Assembly (NCBI GenBank): GCA_046754465.1
Contig: JBHHVU010000068.1
Coordinates: forward strand, 1 to 15,373
DNA length: 15,373 nucleotides
Direction: 5' to 3'
Origin: Nitrospinaceae bacterium
GTDB lineage: Bacteria > Nitrospinota > Nitrospinia > Nitrospinales > VA-1
Shown here one piece after another: positions 15,108 through 15,373 of this stretch (the first letter of the stretch is position 1; each line of letters opens with the position of its first letter). Below the pieces are notes generated by a model. The model was not told the origin of the DNA and made no database searches. It was given only the letters and a program-made list of their open reading frames with translations. A program made the position numbers and the translations under genes.

Positions 15108-15373
15108 TCAATCCAAAATTTTTCCCATTTCCAATGCAATTCTCCGTAACATCTGTGGCTTGTCAGTCACAATTCCATCGACCCCAAGATTCATCAGGCA
15201 TCTCATTTTTTTCTCGTCATTAAAGGTCCAGCTAATAATTTTAATATAATTGGAAGTACTTTTTTTGTAGTTATCCCGAAGTCTAAAGTCCAGAGTTAAA
15301 ATATATTTGTAGATCAGCCATGGGTCCAGGGTTGGGCGGTCAGGAAGGCTTACATGAACCGGGAACCCGATAC
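15108..15373 (-). CDS. Glycerophosphodiester phosphodiesterase family protein, C-terminal part (5' end outside window)
   Basis: Not in the ORF track. Manual translation gives ...IKIISWTFNDEKKMRCLMNLGVDGIVTDKPQMLRRIALEMGKILD*, the classic GDPD C-terminal WT-N-D / GVDGI-TD-P signature. The frame is open to the edge. Confidence 0.85.
   Translation of the reverse strand, partial: IGFPVHVSLPDRPTLDPWLIYKYILTLDFRLRDNYKKSTSNYIKIISWTFNDEKKMRCLMNLGVDGIVTDKPQMLRRIALEMGKILD

Noticed and set aside
15228..15233. CCAGCT as a possible attR copy of the tRNA 3' end
   Set aside because: Only 6 bp and inside the GDPD coding sequence, so expected by chance.

Overview
A GC-rich bacterial housekeeping segment (spot count about 65% GC in leuS) that changes to an AT-richer accessory segment (spot count about 42%) after a tRNA-Ala(CGC) gene. 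Gene order: ICMT/PEMT-family membrane methyltransferase (-); lpxK (-), head-to-head with two tandem Kdo-transferase (waaA/kdtA) paralogues (+); LuxR-type regulator (-); PutP-like Na+/solute symporter (-), divergent from cyanase cynS; then leuS-lptE-holA (+), rpsT (-) and tRNA-Ala. The accessory part holds a C-terminally truncated RelE/HigB-like toxin, an intact XRE-HTH antitoxin, a PD-(D/E)XK-like hypothetical protein and the 3' end of a glycerophosphodiester phosphodiesterase running off the window. A Nitrospinota-like nitrite oxidiser is my guess for the host (inference only). Main unexplained signals: (1) a degenerate 90-110 bp structured repeat present as a 4-unit array between rpsT and the tRNA and as a 2-unit inverted cluster 12 kb away, where one unit supplies the methyltransferase N-terminus; (2) a plant-type cyanase sitting 7 bp ahead of leuS; (3) a second waaA with altered conserved motifs; (4) paired 11-bp-period TGTAGCC motifs bracketing the TA/nuclease cassette.
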